From an uncultured delta proteobacterium (GTDB taxonomy: Bacteria > Desulfobacterota > WTBG01): DNA of 64,000 nt. Positions 29,455-43,096 of the stretch are shown here, one piece after another (within the stretch, counting starts at the first letter, position 1; every line of letters begins with the position of its first letter). The stretch lies in contig CAWCBP010000012.1 in the NCBI GenBank assembly GCA_963793865.1, forward strand, positions 1 to 64,000, given 5' to 3'. Below the pieces are notes generated by a model. The model saw only the letters and a list, made by a program, of their open reading frames with translations. It made no database searches and was not told the DNA's origin. The translations under genes and the position numbers were made by a program.

Positions 29455-32400
29455 GGTCTCCTGTCCTGATAGTGACGGACCTGGTATACAAATGCCTCAA
29501 GCCTGGTCCTGGTGTTTCCATCCTGCTGCCCGTCATAGGCGATGGTAAGCAGCGGTATGTTGTGGTGATCCTCGCGGCAGCGCTTTAAAACGGCGTTAAC
29601 AATCGTGCCCGGCATGCAGGTGAAGGGCATGGCGTTGATCAGGCCGCTGGCCCCCCGGCTGATAAAATCAATCGCCTTGCCGATGCTCAATATGGCCTCT
29701 CCCTCAAACGAGGGATGCATGTAGGGGGATGCATGCCGGATGAGCTCTTCAACGGCCGGCTCGCGGGGCTGCCTGAGGGAACTGCCCAGGCTGCCGGTAA
29801 GCCGGTGCTCTATCCATTTCTGGATTTTGTCCGTCAGGAAGTTGGCGGCGAAGCCGCGATAGTTGCCTTTCCTGAGCGTGCGCCCCTTGCTGGTGTAATT
29901 GATGTAGAGCAGCCACTCGCCGATGGAAGGCATCCATACCTCGCAGCCCAGCCGCTCAAGGTTGCGAACCAGGTCCTCGTTGCTGAACCGGTTGGACCGG
30001 ATGTAGATTTCCCCCACGACGCCGATGACGGGCTTCCGCCCGGCACCGTTCAGGGGAACGCTGTTGAAGGCTTCGCTCGCCTGGCTGAGCAGCGGCGCGG
30101 TCCCTTCCCGGCGGCTCAGCGCCCGGCAGACCCTGTCCAGGTATGACCGGTAGATGCGGTCGCTCTCGCCCTCGTTCCTCTCATACGGTCTCACCTGCAG
30201 CAACCTTTTTTGGAGAAGATCGATGGACACAATACCCTTCCAGGCAATCCGTGAAAACCCGGTGCCTATGCCGCCCAGCTCACGATAGAGGCCTTCATCC
30301 TGATCCGGCGCCAGGATGGGGACCTGGGGCAATCCCATCTCGTCCAGCACCAGCCGGTGAAAGCGGTTATACTGCCCGAAGCGGCAGGGCCCCCTTCCCG
30401 AAACCATCAAAAAAGCCGATCGGTCGGGGTCGAATTCCGGCCGCCGGGTCATCCTGATCATGTCCCCGGTGGTGAGAATGCAGGGATAGCACTCCTTGCC
30501 CGAGGTGAGCTTTCTTCCCCAGGTGAGGGTTTCCCCGTCGGACTCGGGCAGCACCACTGCCTTCACGCCGCAGGCCTCAAAGGCCGCCGCCACCGCGTAG
30601 CTCTGATCGGTCATGTTGGGAATGTAAACCGTTTTCGTTGTGCCCGGCAGTCCCCGGGAAGCCGATGACGCGCGCTTTGAAGATCGGGGCCTGCTGCCGG
30701 CGTTTTTCAGGCTGTCCAGGAAGGCCTCGAGGCGGGTGATGACCCCCACATCGGAGCTGTGCTCATCAATCTCAATGGTGAGGTAGGGCAGGTCCTTCAT
30801 CTTGTCCTTGAAAAAGTGGGAGATGAAGGAATCGGGCCCGCAGCTGAAATTGGTGAGGTACAGGCCGTGCAGGGAAGGATGGGCTTTGATGCAGTGGGTG
30901 GCGGCCATTATTTTCTGGCCGTACTTCCAGTACATCTCCTTCCACTCCGGGACCGTCCCGCTCTGTTCCAGGGGAAGAAAATCCAGGGGTATGGCGACTA
31001 TGCCCAGCTCGGTTATTTTTTTTGGCAGATTGAGATTGATGCCCGGATCGCAGCCGTTGTAAGGCCGGCTCACGATTACCAGGGCAGTTTGGCCGTCGCC
31101 GAGCTGATCCAGAACCTCCCTGCCCCGCTTCTGTATGGATTCATTGAAAAGGCGCTGCGCTTCGAAGGCCGCCGCCAGAGCCCGGTGGATGTCGCTTCCG
31201 CTTTTCCCCAGCTGCCCGGCCACCGCGCGCATCCCCTTTTCCACCGCCTTTTCCCCGTCTCCGAAATAGAGGATGGGGCTGATCATGTGGACGCCGAGTT
31301 CCTCGAAATTAAAGGCGGATCGCAGGGTGTAGGGCAGGGCCTGGACATAGGGGCAGACCAGGCTTCGATCGACCTCGGGATGTATCCGTTCCATCTCGAT
31401 GATGCTGGGGAGAAAGATCCTGCGCACACCCTGCCCGACGAGATTGAGCACATGGCCGTGGGCCACCTTGATGGGGAAACAGGTTTCAGCCACCACGCTT
31501 TCAACACCCCGGTGGATTATCTCCTTGTGGGTTTTTTCCGAAAGGACGACCCGGTAACCGAGTCCGGTGAGGAAGGTGTAAAAAAACGGCAGGAGCTCGT
31601 GATAGAACATGCACCGGGGTATGCCGATGACCGGGGCATCGGGAGCACAGGGCTCCGGCGTCCGGCAGGCCTGCTCCAGAAACTGCTCCCGCTCGGCAAA
31701 AAGGTCGGGAAGATCTCCGCCCTTCCTGCCGCCGCGGTTCACCTCAAACCGCTCGCAGCGGCTTCCGTAAAGCAGGGGGCGCTCCCCTTTCACCTTTAAA
31801 CGCTTGATCTCGCAGCGGTTGGGACACTTCCGGCACTCAAACGAAGCGAGTTCATAGTTTCGCCTGCTTAAGTCGAAGCCCTTGAAGGCGGTTTTCCCGG
31901 AGGTGTTTTCATCCCTGGCAAGCATGGCGGCGCCGATGGCGCCGGTCACATCGTGGTCGGGGGGCACGGTAATTTTCTTTTTTAAGATTTTTTCAAACGC
32001 GGCGACCACGCCGAGGTTGAAGGCGGTGCCTCCCTGGAAAAATATCCGGTCTCCGATGCGCCGGTCACCCACCACCTTGTTCAGATAATTCAGGGCGATG
32101 GAGTAGCTCAAACCGGCAATGAGGTTGGCCTTATCAGCCCCCAGCTGCTGGTGATGAACCAGATCGGACTCGATAAACACGGTGCAGCGCTCTCCCAGGG
32201 AGACCGGGCAGGGGGCCTTGAGAGCAAGGGCGCTGAACTCGTTCTTAATGCAGATGCCGAGCTTTTCCGCCTGCTCCTCCAAAAAGGAACCGGTGCCGGC
32301 GGCGCACACCTTGTTCATTTCGAAATCGACGATGGCGCCGCGGGAGATGCTGATGTACTTTGAGTCCTGTCCGCCGATTTCAAAAATGGTGTCCACCGCG

Positions 32401-33662
32401 GGATCAATGGCAATGGCCGCGGTGGCCTGGGCGGTTATCTCATTTTTTATCACGTCGGCCCCGATGAAATCGCCGGTTAAATAACGTCCCGATCCGGTCG
32501 TTCCCACCGAGGCAATCTCCACCCTGTCCGCAACCTCCTCCCCCACTTCCAGGAGCCCCTGCTTGATGGCCTCCAGCGGCCTTCCCGCGGTCATCAGGTA
32601 GCGCTTGGAGAGGACCCGGTTATGATCATCGATGACAACCACGTTGGTGCTGATGGATCCCACGTCAACGCCGAGGTACCCCCGTACCTTCCCGCCGCCC
32701 TCGGTAAAGAGCTGCAGGGAAGAGAGCGTTTCCTTGCGGGTTGTTTCAAACGGGGAAAGGGGATCCAGCCCGCTGATTTTGCCGGGCGACGGCGGAGCGC
32801 TCACGTAGCCGGCGAGCCTCTGCAGGCCCGTAAACCGGCTGCGAAATGTCGCGTCCTCCCTGAGCAGCAGCACGGCGCCGATGGCCCCCATGGAGGCAAA
32901 ATAGTCGGGAACAATCAGCTCATCCTCCTTCAGTTCAAGCACCTCGCGGAACGCCCTCCGCATCCCCAGGTTGGCGGCAACACCTCCCTGAAACGAGACC
33001 GGGGGGGTGAATGATTTTCCCCTTCCCAGGGTGCTCTTGAAATTCCTGGCGACCGCGCTGCAGAGGCCGGCGACGATATCGTAATCGGGGGTTGCGCTCT
33101 GCTGCAGGTGAATCATGTCGGTTTTGGCAAAAACACTGCACCGGCCGGCGATGCGGGGAGGATTTTTCGATTGCAGGGCCAGCCTGCCGAAGTCCTCAAC
33201 GGTGAGCCCCAGGCGGTGGGCCTGCTGGTCCAGAAAGGACCCCGTCCCGGCGGCGCACACCGCGTTCATGATGAAGTCGCTGATTTTGACGGCTCCCGAG
33301 GCCTCGTCCCGTTCGAGGAAGATGAGCTTGGAATCCTCGCCGCCCATCTCCACCACGGTTTTGACCCGGGGGTAAAAATGTTCTATGGACTTGCTTTGAG
33401 CGATGATTTCGTTTTCAAAGCGAGCGTCCAGCAGTTCGGCGAGCAGCTTTCCGCCGCCGCCGGTTATGGAAATACCGGCAAGGTGGGAGGCGGGCCTGCG
33501 GGAAAAAATGTCCTCCAGCAGGTGAAGGGCCGCGGCGAGCGGCTGGCCGTGCGTCCTGGTGTAATGATCCTCCAGGATGGCTCCCCGGGCGTCCATTGCC
33601 ACCGTATTGACACTCACCGATCCCACATCAATGCCGAGAAAATATTCCCGCCCCTCCGACAT
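29451..33662 (-). CDS. Acyl-CoA dehydratase activase (two BadF/BadG/BcrA/BcrD ATPase domains plus DUF2229-type domains)
   Basis: Two GxDVGS and CAAGTGSFL motifs; CFPIKVAHGH, CGPDSF and PFTCMPG. Confidence 0.92.
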   Translation of the reverse strand: MSEGREYFLGIDVGSVSVNTVAMDARGAILEDHYTRTHGQPLAAALHLLEDIFSRRPASHLAGISITGGGGKLLAELLDARFENEIIAQSKSIEHFYPRVKTVVEMGGEDSKLIFLERDEASGAVKISDFIMNAVCAAGTGSFLDQQAHRLGLTVEDFGRLALQSKNPPRIAGRCSVFAKTDMIHLQQSATPDYDIVAGLCSAVARNFKSTLGRGKSFTPPVSFQGGVAANLGMRRAFREVLELKEDELIVPDYFASMGAIGAVLLLREDATFRSRFTGLQRLAGYVSAPPSPGKISGLDPLSPFETTRKETLSSLQLFTEGGGKVRGYLGVDVGSISTNVVVIDDHNRVLSKRYLMTAGRPLEAIKQGLLEVGEEVADRVEIASVGTTGSGRYLTGDFIGADVIKNEITAQATAAIAIDPAVDTIFEIGGQDSKYISISRGAIVDFEMNKVCAAGTGSFLEEQAEKLGICIKNEFSALALKAPCPVSLGERCTVFIESDLVHHQQLGADKANLIAGLSYSIALNYLNKVVGDRRIGDRIFFQGGTAFNLGVVAAFEKILKKKITVPPDHDVTGAIGAAMLARDENTSGKTAFKGFDLSRRNYELASFECRKCPNRCEIKRLKVKGERPLLYGSRCERFEVNRGGRKGGDLPDLFAEREQFLEQACRTPEPCAPDAPVIGIPRCMFYHELLPFFYTFLTGLGYRVVLSEKTHKEIIHRGVESVVAETCFPIKVAHGHVLNLVGQGVRRIFLPSIIEMERIHPEVDRSLVCPYVQALPYTLRSAFNFEELGVHMISPILYFGDGEKAVEKGMRAVAGQLGKSGSDIHRALAAAFEAQRLFNESIQKRGREVLDQLGDGQTALVIVSRPYNGCDPGINLNLPKKITELGIVAIPLDFLPLEQSGTVPEWKEMYWKYGQKIMAATHCIKAHPSLHGLYLTNFSCGPDSFISHFFKDKMKDLPYLTIEIDEHSSDVGVITRLEAFLDSLKNAGSRPRSSKRASSASRGLPGTTKTVYIPNMTDQSYAVAAAFEACGVKAVVLPESDGETLTWGRKLTSGKECYPCILTTGDMIRMTRRPEFDPDRSAFLMVSGRGPCRFGQYNRFHRLVLDEMGLPQVPILAPDQDEGLYRELGGIGTGFSRIAWKGIVSIDLLQKRLLQVRPYERNEGESDRIYRSYLDRVCRALSRREGTAPLLSQASEAFNSVPLNGAGRKPVIGVVGEIYIRSNRFSNEDLVRNLERLGCEVWMPSIGEWLLYINYTSKGRTLRKGNYRGFAANFLTDKIQKWIEHRLTGSLGSSLRQPREPAVEELIRHASPYMHPSFEGEAILSIGKAIDFISRGASGLINAMPFTCMPGTIVNAVLKRCREDHHNIPLLTIAYDGQQDGNTRTRLEAFVYQVRHYQDRRP

Positions 33663-33805
33663 GATGATACCTCTCCTCTGACGATGAACATCCGGTTATG
33701 CCGCAGCCGGTGCTTCAAACCATGTTTCTTATAAAGCAACGGCCGCGCGCGTGGTGAAAGATCATGCTCCTGATGCGCTTACCGTGACCGCACACAAAGC
33801 AGCAT

Positions 33806-34801
33806 TCATTCGTCCTTCAGATCCCTGGTCATAAGCTCCATGACCGCATCTTTCGGGTTTTTGCAGCCGCGAAGAATGCTGTTGACCTGCTCGGTAATGG
33901 GCATGGAAACCCCCATCCTCCTGCTTAAATCATGGGCGGACTCGGCGGTCCTGATGCCTTCGGCGACGGTGCGCATGTCCCCGGTTATCTCCGCCAGAGA
34001 CTCGCCTCTCCCCAGCCTGACGCCGACGGTCCGGTTGCGGCTCAGCTCGCCGGTGCAGGTGAGAACAAGATCGCCCAGGCCGGACAGGCCGGCAAGGGTG
34101 TGCCGGTCGGCCCCCATGCGCAGCGCCAGGCGGGATATTTCCGCAAGCCCCCTGGTGATAAGGGCGGCCCGGGTGTTGAAACCGAAGCAGAGGCCGTCTG
34201 ATATGCCCGCGGCGATGGCTATCACATTTTTAAGCGCGCCGCCCAGCTCGACTCCCGCCACGTCGGCATTGGTGTAGACACGGAAGAAGGGCGTTGAGAG
34301 AATCTGCTGGATCTCCCGGGCGAGCGGCTGATTTTCCGACGCCAGGGTCACGGCACTGGGAATTTTTTTGCTCACCTCAAGGGCAAAGGTCGGTCCGGAC
34401 AGGACCGCCAGGCGCTGCCTGTCTTTCAGGCCGAGCACGTCGCTGATGACGGAAGTCATGGTAAGCAGGGTTGTGTTCTCGATACCCTTGCTGGCGCTGA
34501 CCAGCATGGTCTGCGCAGAGAGGTGGGCGGCAAGGTTCTGCAGCGTCTGCCGGACCACGTGGGAAGGTGTCACCATAAAGAGGACGTCTTTGCCCCCGGC
34601 CGCTTCCTCGAGGGATGCGGTGGGGATGATGTTTTCAGAAAGGGGTATGCCGGGCAGATAGAGCTGGTTCTCTTTTTTCACCGCCATGGAGACGGCGAGC
34701 TCCGCCTCGTAGACCCATAGCGCAGTCGTAAAGCCCTTCCCGGCAAGATGATTTGCCAGCGTCGTGCCCCAGCTTCCAGCTCCGATAACACCGATGTTCA
34801 C
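33806..34801 (-). CDS. gpsA: NAD(P)H-dependent glycerol-3-phosphate dehydrogenase
   Basis: GAGSWGT, GGALKNVIAIAAG and GDLVLTC. Confidence 0.96.
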   Translation of the reverse strand: MNIGVIGAGSWGTTLANHLAGKGFTTALWVYEAELAVSMAVKKENQLYLPGIPLSENIIPTASLEEAAGGKDVLFMVTPSHVVRQTLQNLAAHLSAQTMLVSASKGIENTTLLTMTSVISDVLGLKDRQRLAVLSGPTFALEVSKKIPSAVTLASENQPLAREIQQILSTPFFRVYTNADVAGVELGGALKNVIAIAAGISDGLCFGFNTRAALITRGLAEISRLALRMGADRHTLAGLSGLGDLVLTCTGELSRNRTVGVRLGRGESLAEITGDMRTVAEGIRTAESAHDLSRRMGVSMPITEQVNSILRGCKNPKDAVMELMTRDLKDE

Positions 34802-34860
34802 CTGAACAGTTCACCCCTTTCTAGCAGGCTGTTGAAAAACACCCATCCCCTGCGTTACGG

Positions 34861-37296
34861 TCACTCTTCTTCAGCCAGATGAGCAACGCCGACAACCTTT
34901 TCTCCTTTCTCCACGTTAATGAGCCTCACTCCCTGGGTATTTCTGCCGATCACCGAAATGCCCTTGATCTTCATGCGAATAATGGTTCCCTGGTCGGTGA
35001 TGAGCATCACCTCGTCGTCATCAGCAACCTCTTTCATCCCGACCACGTCGCCGTTGCGCTCCGTGGTCTTGATGGTAATGATTCCCTGGCCGCCCCTGCC
35101 CTGGATGCGGTATTCCGGGGTGTTGGTTCTTTTGCCGTAGCCGTGTTCGGTGACGGTGAGGATGGTTGCACCTTCGCCGATTGCCTCCATGCCGATGATG
35201 GCGTCATCATCTCCCACCGACATGCCGCGCACGCCCCGGGCAGTCCGCCCCATGGGCCGCACCTCCGTCTCCTTGAAGCGGATGGCCTTCCCCTTGCGCG
35301 AGCCCAGCAGTATGGCCTGACTGCCGTCGGTTACCCGCGCCGCGATCAGCTCGTCGTCCTCATCGATGCTCAGGGCGATAATCCCCCCCGCACGGGGCCT
35401 GCTGTAGGCCATGAGCGGGGTCTTCTTGATCAGCCCCTTGCGGGTGGCCATGACAATGTATTTTCCCTCCACGAATTCCCGTACCGCCAGTATGGCGGCA
35501 AGCTGTTCGTCCGCGCTCAGGTTGAGCAGGTTGACGATGGCCTTCCCCATGGCCGCCCGTCCCGCCTGGGGAAGCTCGTACACCTTCTGCCAGAACACCT
35601 TTCCGGTGCTGGTAAAAAAGAGAATGTGGCTGTGGGTGGAAGCCACAAAGAGATGTTCGACAAAATCCTCCTGGCGGGTGGTCATCCCGGTAACCCCCTT
35701 CCCGCCGCGCCGCTGGCTGCGGTAAAGGCTGATGGGGTTGCGCTTGATATAGCCGTTGTGCGAAACGGTGACCACCATGTCCTCTTCGATGATCAGGTCT
35801 TCAACCGCTATCTCGCCTTCTTTCTCGATGATCTCCGTCCTTCTCGCGTCCCCGTATTTCGCTCTTATTTTTGTCAGCTCTTCAATGATGATCTCCCTGA
35901 CCAGCTCCTCTTTCTCCAGAATCTGCTTCAGCTTCTTGATGAGCCGGGTAATCTCTTCAAGCTCCTGCAGGATCTTATCCCGCTCCAGGGCGGTCAGCCG
36001 CTGCAGGCGCATGTCCAGAATGGCCTGCGCCTGAATCTCGGAGAGGTCAAACTGCGATATCAGACCTCCCTTTGCCTCGGCGGGATTGGCGGATGCCCGG
36101 ATCAGGGCGATAATGCGGTCGAGATTATTGAGGGCAATCTGCAGGCCCATGAGTATGTGGGCCTGGTGTTCCGCCTTTTTCAGCTCGTATGCCGTCCTGC
36201 GCAGGATGACCACTTTACGGAAATTGATAAAGTGGTTGAGCATGCTCCGCAGGTCCAGAATCCGGGGCTGGTTGTCAACCAGCGCGAGCATAATGATGCC
36301 GAAGGTGCCCTGGAGCTGGGTGCGCTGATAGAGCTGGTTGAGAATGACCTGGGCGATTTTGTCCCGCTTCAGCTCAATCACGACGCGAACCCCTTCACGG
36401 TCCGATTCGTCCCGGATGTCGGTGATGCCCTCGATTTTTTTCTCCTGCGAAAGCTCGGCTATTTTCTCGATCAGCCGCGCCTTGTTGACCTGGTAGGGCA
36501 GCTCGGTAATGATGATGCATTCCTTGTCCCCCTTGATCTGCTTTTCAATATACGCGCGCCCCCGCACCTGCAAAGAACCCTTGCCGGTGCGGTATGCCTC
36601 CCGGATGCCTTCCCGGCCGTGGATGATGCCGGCAGTGGGGAAATCGGGACCGGGAATGATCTTAAGCAGTTCGCCGACGTCCAGTGAAGGATTTTTAATC
36701 AGGGCGATGGTGCCGTCAATCACCTCTTTCAAATTGTGGGGAGGTATGTTGGTGGCCATGCCCACGGCAATGCCGGAGGAGCCGTTGACGAGCAGGTTGG
36801 GAAGGGCGGAGGGCAGGATTGACGGCTCCTTGAGCGTGCCGTCGTAGTTCGGCGCAAAGTCAACGGTCTCCTTTTCGATGTCGGACAGGAGCTCATTGGT
36901 GATTTCAGCCATCCGGATCTCGGTATACCGCATTGCCGCCGGAGGATCGCCGTCAAGAGAGCCGAAATTGCCCTGTCCATCCACCAGGGGATAGCGCAGG
37001 GAAAAATCCTGGGCCATGCGCACAATGGTATCGTAAACCGCCGCGTCACCGTGCGGGTGATATTTACCGATGACATCGCCCACGATGCGGGCCGATTTCT
37101 TATAGGGCTTGTTCCAGACATTTCCAAGATCGTACATGGCGAAGAGCACTCTCCGGTGCGCCGGCTTGAGGCCGTCCCGTATATCCGGCAATGCCCGCCC
37201 GATAATAACGCTCATGGCGTAGTCCATGTAGGACCGTCTCATCTCGTCTTCAATATTCACAGGTATTTGCTGTGAATGCACATCCGGGTTTTCCAT
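34861..37296 (-). CDS. gyrA: DNA gyrase subunit A
   Basis: [15 protein letters not shown] and GyrA box QRRGGKG. Confidence 0.98.
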   Translation of the reverse strand: MENPDVHSQQIPVNIEDEMRRSYMDYAMSVIIGRALPDIRDGLKPAHRRVLFAMYDLGNVWNKPYKKSARIVGDVIGKYHPHGDAAVYDTIVRMAQDFSLRYPLVDGQGNFGSLDGDPPAAMRYTEIRMAEITNELLSDIEKETVDFAPNYDGTLKEPSILPSALPNLLVNGSSGIAVGMATNIPPHNLKEVIDGTIALIKNPSLDVGELLKIIPGPDFPTAGIIHGREGIREAYRTGKGSLQVRGRAYIEKQIKGDKECIIITELPYQVNKARLIEKIAELSQEKKIEGITDIRDESDREGVRVVIELKRDKIAQVILNQLYQRTQLQGTFGIIMLALVDNQPRILDLRSMLNHFINFRKVVILRRTAYELKKAEHQAHILMGLQIALNNLDRIIALIRASANPAEAKGGLISQFDLSEIQAQAILDMRLQRLTALERDKILQELEEITRLIKKLKQILEKEELVREIIIEELTKIRAKYGDARRTEIIEKEGEIAVEDLIIEEDMVVTVSHNGYIKRNPISLYRSQRRGGKGVTGMTTRQEDFVEHLFVASTHSHILFFTSTGKVFWQKVYELPQAGRAAMGKAIVNLLNLSADEQLAAILAVREFVEGKYIVMATRKGLIKKTPLMAYSRPRAGGIIALSIDEDDELIAARVTDGSQAILLGSRKGKAIRFKETEVRPMGRTARGVRGMSVGDDDAIIGMEAIGEGATILTVTEHGYGKRTNTPEYRIQGRGGQGIITIKTTERNGDVVGMKEVADDDEVMLITDQGTIIRMKIKGISVIGRNTQGVRLINVEKGEKVVGVAHLAEEE

Positions 37297-37330
37297 AAAG
37301 CATCTTCTCTGTCTGGTTGTTGTTAATGGA

Positions 37331-40620
<3,290 letters not shown>

Positions 40621-40628
<8 letters not shown>

Positions 40629-41397
40629 TGGTTTTTCCATCTCCGTTGATGATAAGTTGTGCCAGTTCCAGATAGCTTCTGGCACCGGCCGATAATTTAT
40701 CGTAATAGAATATCGGCTTGCCGTAGCTCGGACATTCCCCCAGCCGCACGTTTCTCGGAATAATGGTTTGCAGCACTTTCTCAGGGAAGAAGTTTTTTAT
40801 TTCGCAGGCGACCTGATGAGAAAGATTGTTTCTCTTGTCAAACATGGTCAAAAGAAAACCCTCTATCCGGAGCCTGGGATTAAATGCCCGTTGAATGCGC
40901 TTGACCGTGTTCAAAAGCTGGGTCAGCCCCTCAAGGGCATAATATTCACATTGAATGGGTATTAAAACAGAGTCGGAAGCATTGAAGGCATTAACGGTCA
41001 ACAGGCCAAGCGAGGGAGGGCAGTCAATGATCACGTAATCGTACTTATTGATGACGTGGGACAATTTGTCTTTTAAGCGCGATTCTCTTTCCGGGAAATT
41101 GACCAGCTCAATCTCTGCCCCGATCAAGTCAATGCTGGAAGTAACAATGGAAAGATTGGCATAACCGGTTTCCCTGATCACCTGCTCACACTCAATATCT
41201 TCAATAATTACATGATAAATATTCTTTTCTGTGCCGTCTTTTGCTATGCCCACCCCGCTGCTGGCGTTGCCCTGAGGATCAATATCGATAAGCAGGGTAG
41301 TCCTGCTGTTTAACGCCAGGGAGGCGGCAAGATTAACCGCAGTGGTTGTTTTCCCGACGCCGCCTTTCTGGTTGGCAATGCAGATCACTTTAGCCAC
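40621..41397 (-). CDS. parA: ParA/Soj ATPase
   Basis: NQKGGVGKTT, DPQGN and DCPPSLG. Confidence 0.97.
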
Positions 41398-41536
41398 AAC
41401 ATGCCCCCTAGCGAAATACTTTCAAGCGAGTCGTATATACACCTTTGAACACATGTAATCCCGATGGTTTCACCTGTGCAAAAGATAGGCTTACATTACC
41501 ACAACAACTATAAGTTTTAAAGCGAAAAATTAAAAA

Positions 41537-41552
41537 TGTTTCACGTGAAACA
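41537..41552. promoter_or_regulatory. parS: parS centromere site
   Basis: Perfect TGTTTCACGTGAAACA between rsmG and parA. Confidence 0.95.
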
Positions 41553-41553
41553 C

Positions 41554-42210
41554 TCATGTTTTCGCTATAAAAAAAACACTCCTTTTTTTGTGTGATTCCG
41601 GAAGTTGCAGATCCACCACCTTTACTACTTCCATTGAAAGGGATTTCAGGATGTGCCCGTTTTTTTTGAGTTCATGATGCCCTTCCTTTCCCTTCATGGC
41701 TATTACATACCCCCCGTCTTGCAGCAGCGGCCGGGCCAGTTTCAGCAATGGTTCCAGCCTGGTAAAAGCCCTGGCTATGATAATATCAAAGAGGGGTATG
41801 CTTTCCCCCGGCACGAAACTCTCAATCCGTCCGTGAAGTACAGTAGTATGTGAAAGGTTGAGCAGCAGGATCACCTGTTTTAAAAAATTAATTTTTTTTC
41901 TTTTTGACTCGAGGAGGGTAATATCGATTTCCGGTCTGGCAATCTTGATCGGCACACCCGGGAATCCCGCTCCCGATCCCGCATCAAGGAGTCGCCCGGT
42001 AGCGGGGAGGTACGGTACAACTGATAATGAATCTATGAAGTGGTCAATGATGATTGATTTGTCGTCTTTAAGAGAGGTGAGATTAATCTTTTGATTCCAT
42101 GCCTTCAATTCAACCAGATAGAGCTCAAACATCTCTATCATGTGCCGGTTCAGTTGAACGCCAACTGCATCAGCTCCACTTTTGAGTATGGTCTCCAGTT
42201 CTCCGGACAA
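41554..42210 (-). CDS. rsmG: 16S rRNA m7G527 methyltransferase
   Basis: WNQKINLT, HFIDSL and DAGSGAGFPG. Confidence 0.95.
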   Translation of the reverse strand: MSGELETILKSGADAVGVQLNRHMIEMFELYLVELKAWNQKINLTSLKDDKSIIIDHFIDSLSVVPYLPATGRLLDAGSGAGFPGVPIKIARPEIDITLLESKRKKINFLKQVILLLNLSHTTVLHGRIESFVPGESIPLFDIIIARAFTRLEPLLKLARPLLQDGGYVIAMKGKEGHHELKKNGHILKSLSMEVVKVVDLQLPESHKKRSVFFIAKT

Positions 42211-42227
42211 AAGCTTTTCTCCTCAAG

Positions 42228-42312
42228 AGGTTCCGGAATAATTTTGTTGTGGCTAAAAATCCCCTCCTTCTTGAGCCACATATAAAAAATAAAGGAATCA
42301 ATGACGCACTAC
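42228..42312 (-). repeat. Solo copy of the arm module of the 54329..54648 element
   Basis: Reverse complement matches TAGTGCGTCATTGA...TGTGGCTCA...TTTTTAGCCACAACAAAATTATTC(C)GGAACCT. Confidence 0.85.
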
Positions 42313-42329
42313 GCTCGGTAAAAGGTGCG

Positions 42330-42788
42330 TTATTCGAAAGTTTTTGATAGCTGGGATATTATATCATTTATTTCTTTGATGTTTTCTTTTGAATTCTGCC
42401 AGCCTGTTTTCACATCGCCACTCTTATCTTTCATTTTTCCTACCACTTCTGTAGGTATCTCTGCAGCATGGGATACCCGGATGCTGGTTCCATTTGACTC
42501 TCTGTTTAGTAAAACTTTTACATACCAGCGCATTGTGCCCCGAAGCCTGATTACCGAGATCCAATCGCTCTGGATGAGTCCCCGCTCCTTGTCCTTTATT
42601 TTAATAGGCAGCCTCATTTCATCGACCATGATGTGTTCCAACGCGTTCCATACCTCGTCATAGTCACGATCAAAGGTCATTGATTCGAAGGGAAGGTTTT
42701 CATCTTCGATTTCAGGCGCCCCGCACCCGAAGGCAAGACAGGAAAACAGCAAAGACAGGATTAGCATTTTGGCCATAGCAACTCTCAT
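42330..42788 (-). CDS. Lipoprotein, BamC-like helix-grip fold
   Basis: LAFGC lipobox; YDEVWNAL...DKERGLIQSDW. Confidence 0.65.
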   Translation of the reverse strand: MRVAMAKMLILSLLFSCLAFGCGAPEIEDENLPFESMTFDRDYDEVWNALEHIMVDEMRLPIKIKDKERGLIQSDWISVIRLRGTMRWYVKVLLNRESNGTSIRVSHAAEIPTEVVGKMKDKSGDVKTGWQNSKENIKEINDIISQLSKTFE

Positions 42789-43096
42789 TTTAAGTCCTTT
42801 CAGATTCTCAAAAGTTTACTATTATACTATTGTAAAAATCAGCCGTCGCCCGTCACCAGAATAAACAAATAAACACGTAATTACAAATATTTATAGTGTA
42901 TTTTGGCATGCTACTGTAAGGGAATGATTTTGTCAAGCGAATATTTCATGTCGTGGCCTCATCATCGGTTTCACGATCTCCCGGGGCGTATAATTTAATC
43001 AATTTTAATTGACAAACAAACATGCTCGCGGTTAATAATCTATCCTTTATTAAACCGCGAGGAAGTAGTGTTTGAATTTCATTGCGAAGCAACCAT

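Noticed and set aside
34879..36687. 602-aa plus-strand ORF and similar long ORFs (15455..16348, 27278..28168, 30759..31799)
   Set aside because: Antisense shadows of well-supported GC-rich genes, with no recognisable motifs
41398..43096. oriC near parS
   Set aside because: No TTATCCACA-type DnaA-box cluster seen
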